20,000 nucleotides of DNA from Craspedostauros australis (Eukaryota): NCBI GenBank assembly GCA_030167865.1, contig JALAGF010003400.1, positions 59,691 to 79,690 on the forward strand, read 5' to 3'. Below the pieces are notes generated by a model. The model was not told the origin of the DNA. It did not search any database and was given only the letters and a program-made list of their open reading frames with translations. Of the stretch, positions 17,846 to 20,000 are shown piece after piece; the stretch's first letter is position 1, and each line of letters opens with the position of its first letter. The position numbers and the translations under genes are program-made.

Positions 17846-20000
17846 ATGGTCATCATCCTTCCACGACTTTTGGTCAAGCTTACTTCTGCAACACGCATCC
17901 GCAACCTCCAGTCTTCGTCAACACAAACCGCAAAATGGTCGTCTCTCTTTTCGCTCAAGTCGACCCCTGATGATGCATCCAACCCAACCGTCACCGACCA
18001 GGATCTCCTACGCGCCGCAGAACGAGGAGATGTGGACATCCTCACCGCATGGAAGACAGCATTTCCACAAACCTCCATCGACACGATCAAGGATCACCGT
18101 GACAAGACTGTACTCCACCTCGCATGCTCCAACGGCCAGCTTGAAACGATCAAACAGTTGACGGAGTCATGCGGAGCCAACATCAATGCCCAATCCATGG
18201 ATGGAGAGACTGCGCTACACTATGCATGCGCACAGGGCAACGTCGACATCGTGGAATACCTAGCCGGGTCGCATGCTGCAGATGTCAAGCTCCAGGATAA
18301 CTCCGGCAAGGTGGCACTCCACGACGCATGTACCGAGGGACACGTGGCCATCGTGAAGACTCTGATCGAGTCATATTCTGCAAGCGCTCTCGTGCAAGAT
18401 GAGAAGGGTGAGAATGCCCTCCATGCCGCATGTCTTCATGGACGCTTGGATGTTGTGGAGTACCTTGTTGGATCATGTGGAGTGGAAATCAATGTGCAAG
18501 ATGAATTCGGTAACACTGCGATCCACAATGCGTGTCTGAAAGGTCATCTTGATATCTTGAAGTATGTGATGGAGGCTCGTGCCGTGGCTATCGACGTCCA
18601 GAACGATGACGGCGATACCGCGCTTCATATTGCATACAGATATGGTCATTTGGATGTTGCAGAGTACCTGGTGAAGTCGTGCAAGGCAGATGTTCATTTT
18701 GAGAATGATACTGGTGACACAGCTCTTCAGTCTGCATATTCCAAAAGTCATTTGAATGTTGTGAGGTGGTTGGTGGAGTCAGGCCAAGTGGACGTCAATG
18801 CCAAAGACGAGAATGGCGACACCTTGCTTCACTGCGCAAGTGCTGGAGGTCATCTGGCTTTGGTGGAGTTCTTGTTGAAGTCAGACGACCTGAAGGTGGA
18901 TGGCAACGCCAAGAACAACGATGGCGACACTGCCCTTCACTGCGCAAGCGCTGGAGGCCACCTGGATATGGTGGAGTACTTGATGCAGTCAGACGACCTG
19001 ATGATGGATGGCAACGCCAAGAACAACAATGGCAACACTGTCCTTCACTGCGCAAGTGCTGGAGGTCATCTGGATGTGGTGAAGCATTTGGTGGACTCAG
19101 ACGACCTGATGGTGGATAGCAACGCCAAGAACAACGATGGTGACACTGCCCTTCACTGCGCAAGTGCTGGAGGTCATCTGGATGTGGTGAAGCATTTGGT
19201 GGATTCACACAAAGCGACCATCGATGTCAGCGCCAAGAACAAGGCTGGCAACACTGCACTCCATCTCGCAACCGCGCATGACAATCTCGATGTTGTGAAG
19301 CGGTTGGTTGAACAAGGCAAGGCCAAAATCAACGCTGAGAATAACAAACACGAGACTCCACTCCACAAGGCATATTACCACAGGTGCTTCAATGTTGTCG
19401 AGTATCTGGTCGCAGCACCAAGTGTCGATTTGAACGTGAAAGACCAGTATGGCAACACCGTCCTCCATCTCGCAACCGCACATGGGCATCTTGATGTTGT
19501 GGAGTGGTTGGTTGAATCCGTCAAGGCCAATATCAACGCTGAGAATAACCGACACGAGACTCCACTCGACAAGGCATGTTTCCACAACCGCCTCGATGTT
19601 ATCAAGTATCTGGTCGCAGCACCCAATGTTGATTTGAACGTAAAAAACAGGGATTATCAATGGATACTCCATCGCGCAAGCACATTTGGTCGTCCCGACA
19701 TTGTGAAGTCGTTAGTTGAACAAGGCAAGGTAGATGTCAACATCAAAGCCAACAGGACTGGCAATACTGCATTGCACGAAGCGTGCTTCAGTGGTAGATT
19801 GGAGGTCGTGAAGTATTTGGTGGAATCGTCCAACGCAGAAATCGACATTCAAAACAAGAATGGCAGTACACCACTTTGGGAGGCAAGTGACACTGGGAAT
19901 TTGGCGGTTGTCAAGTACTTGGTGGAATCGTGCAACGCAGACATCAGCATCAAGAATATCGATGGGAATACTCCATTGGATATTGCGAGAATTGGGGGCT
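17846..20000 (+). CDS. Ankyrin-repeat protein, 3'-partial (>718 aa, about 20 repeats), not listed in the ORF track
   Basis: Manual translation from ATG 17846 (MVIILPRLLVKLTSATRIRN...) shows no stop before the window end. Successive 34-36-aa units match G-x-T-[AP]-L-H-x-A-x-x-x-G-H-L-D-V-V-x-x-L-V...D-V-N-A-K. Confidence 0.95.
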   Translation, partial: MVIILPRLLVKLTSATRIRNLQSSSTQTAKWSSLFSLKSTPDDASNPTVTDQDLLRAAERGDVDILTAWKTAFPQTSIDTIKDHRDKTVLHLACSNGQLETIKQLTESCGANINAQSMDGETALHYACAQGNVDIVEYLAGSHAADVKLQDNSGKVALHDACTEGHVAIVKTLIESYSASALVQDEKGENALHAACLHGRLDVVEYLVGSCGVEINVQDEFGNTAIHNACLKGHLDILKYVMEARAVAIDVQNDDGDTALHIAYRYGHLDVAEYLVKSCKADVHFENDTGDTALQSAYSKSHLNVVRWLVESGQVDVNAKDENGDTLLHCASAGGHLALVEFLLKSDDLKVDGNAKNNDGDTALHCASAGGHLDMVEYLMQSDDLMMDGNAKNNNGNTVLHCASAGGHLDVVKHLVDSDDLMVDSNAKNNDGDTALHCASAGGHLDVVKHLVDSHKATIDVSAKNKAGNTALHLATAHDNLDVVKRLVEQGKAKINAENNKHETPLHKAYYHRCFNVVEYLVAAPSVDLNVKDQYGNTVLHLATAHGHLDVVEWLVESVKANINAENNRHETPLDKACFHNRLDVIKYLVAAPNVDLNVKNRDYQWILHRASTFGRPDIVKSLVEQGKVDVNIKANRTGNTALHEACFSGRLEVVKYLVESSNAEIDIQNKNGSTPLWEASDTGNLAVVKYLVESCNADISIKNIDGNTPLDIARIGG
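18815..19246 (+). repeat. Coding tandem repeat: 4 x 108 bp (36-aa ankyrin units)
   Basis: Units start at 18815, 18923, 19031 and 19139, each with cttcactgcgcaag(t/c)gctggagg(t/c)ca(t/c)ctgg. Units 3 and 4 are nearly identical over their first ~65 bp. Confidence 0.92.
19247..19654 (+). repeat. Coding tandem duplication: 2 x 204 bp (a pair of ankyrin repeats duplicated as a unit)
   Basis: Units at 19247 and 19451 share ctccatctcgcaaccgc, atcaacgctgagaataac, acacgagactccactc, agtatctggtcgcagcacc and gatttgaacgt. Confidence 0.9.

Noticed and set aside
18815-19246. Regularly spaced repeats as a possible CRISPR array
   Set aside because: The period is 108 bp, the whole unit is similar with no unique spacers, and it is in-frame ankyrin coding sequence in a eukaryotic context with no cas genes.

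Overview
Gene-dense eukaryotic nuclear DNA, most likely from a diatom. The evidence is four GT-AG introns of 251-289 bp, a bipartite plastid-targeting presequence with an AEA|F cleavage site, a plant-type sterol cyclopropane isomerase and CA-rich 5' leaders. The genes in order are: 3' end of a BRAP2/IMP-like gene (+); a two-exon hypothetical protein with a small C-terminal beta-barrel-like domain (-); cycloeucalenol cycloisomerase CPI1 (+, 2 exons); a SAYSvFN-domain protein (-, 2 exons); an intronless GNAT acetyltransferase (+) converging on an intronless 134-aa protein that looks bacterial (-); a low-complexity protein with a C-terminal zinc ribbon (-); an STN1-like OB-fold protein (+); a minimal USP7-like deubiquitinase with a signal-peptide-like N-terminus (+, 2 exons); a plastid-targeted RluA/RluD pseudouridine synthase (-); and a >=20-repeat ankyrin protein (+) that runs off the window and is missing from the ORF track. 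No rRNA, tRNA, CRISPR or intact mobile element was seen. The best leads are the bacterial-looking small gene with its GNAT neighbour (possible horizontal transfer), the signal-peptide USP (candidate periplastid SELMA deubiquitinase), the recently expanded ankyrin array, and a hairpin-rich intron. All family assignments come from motif recognition by eye; no searches were run.
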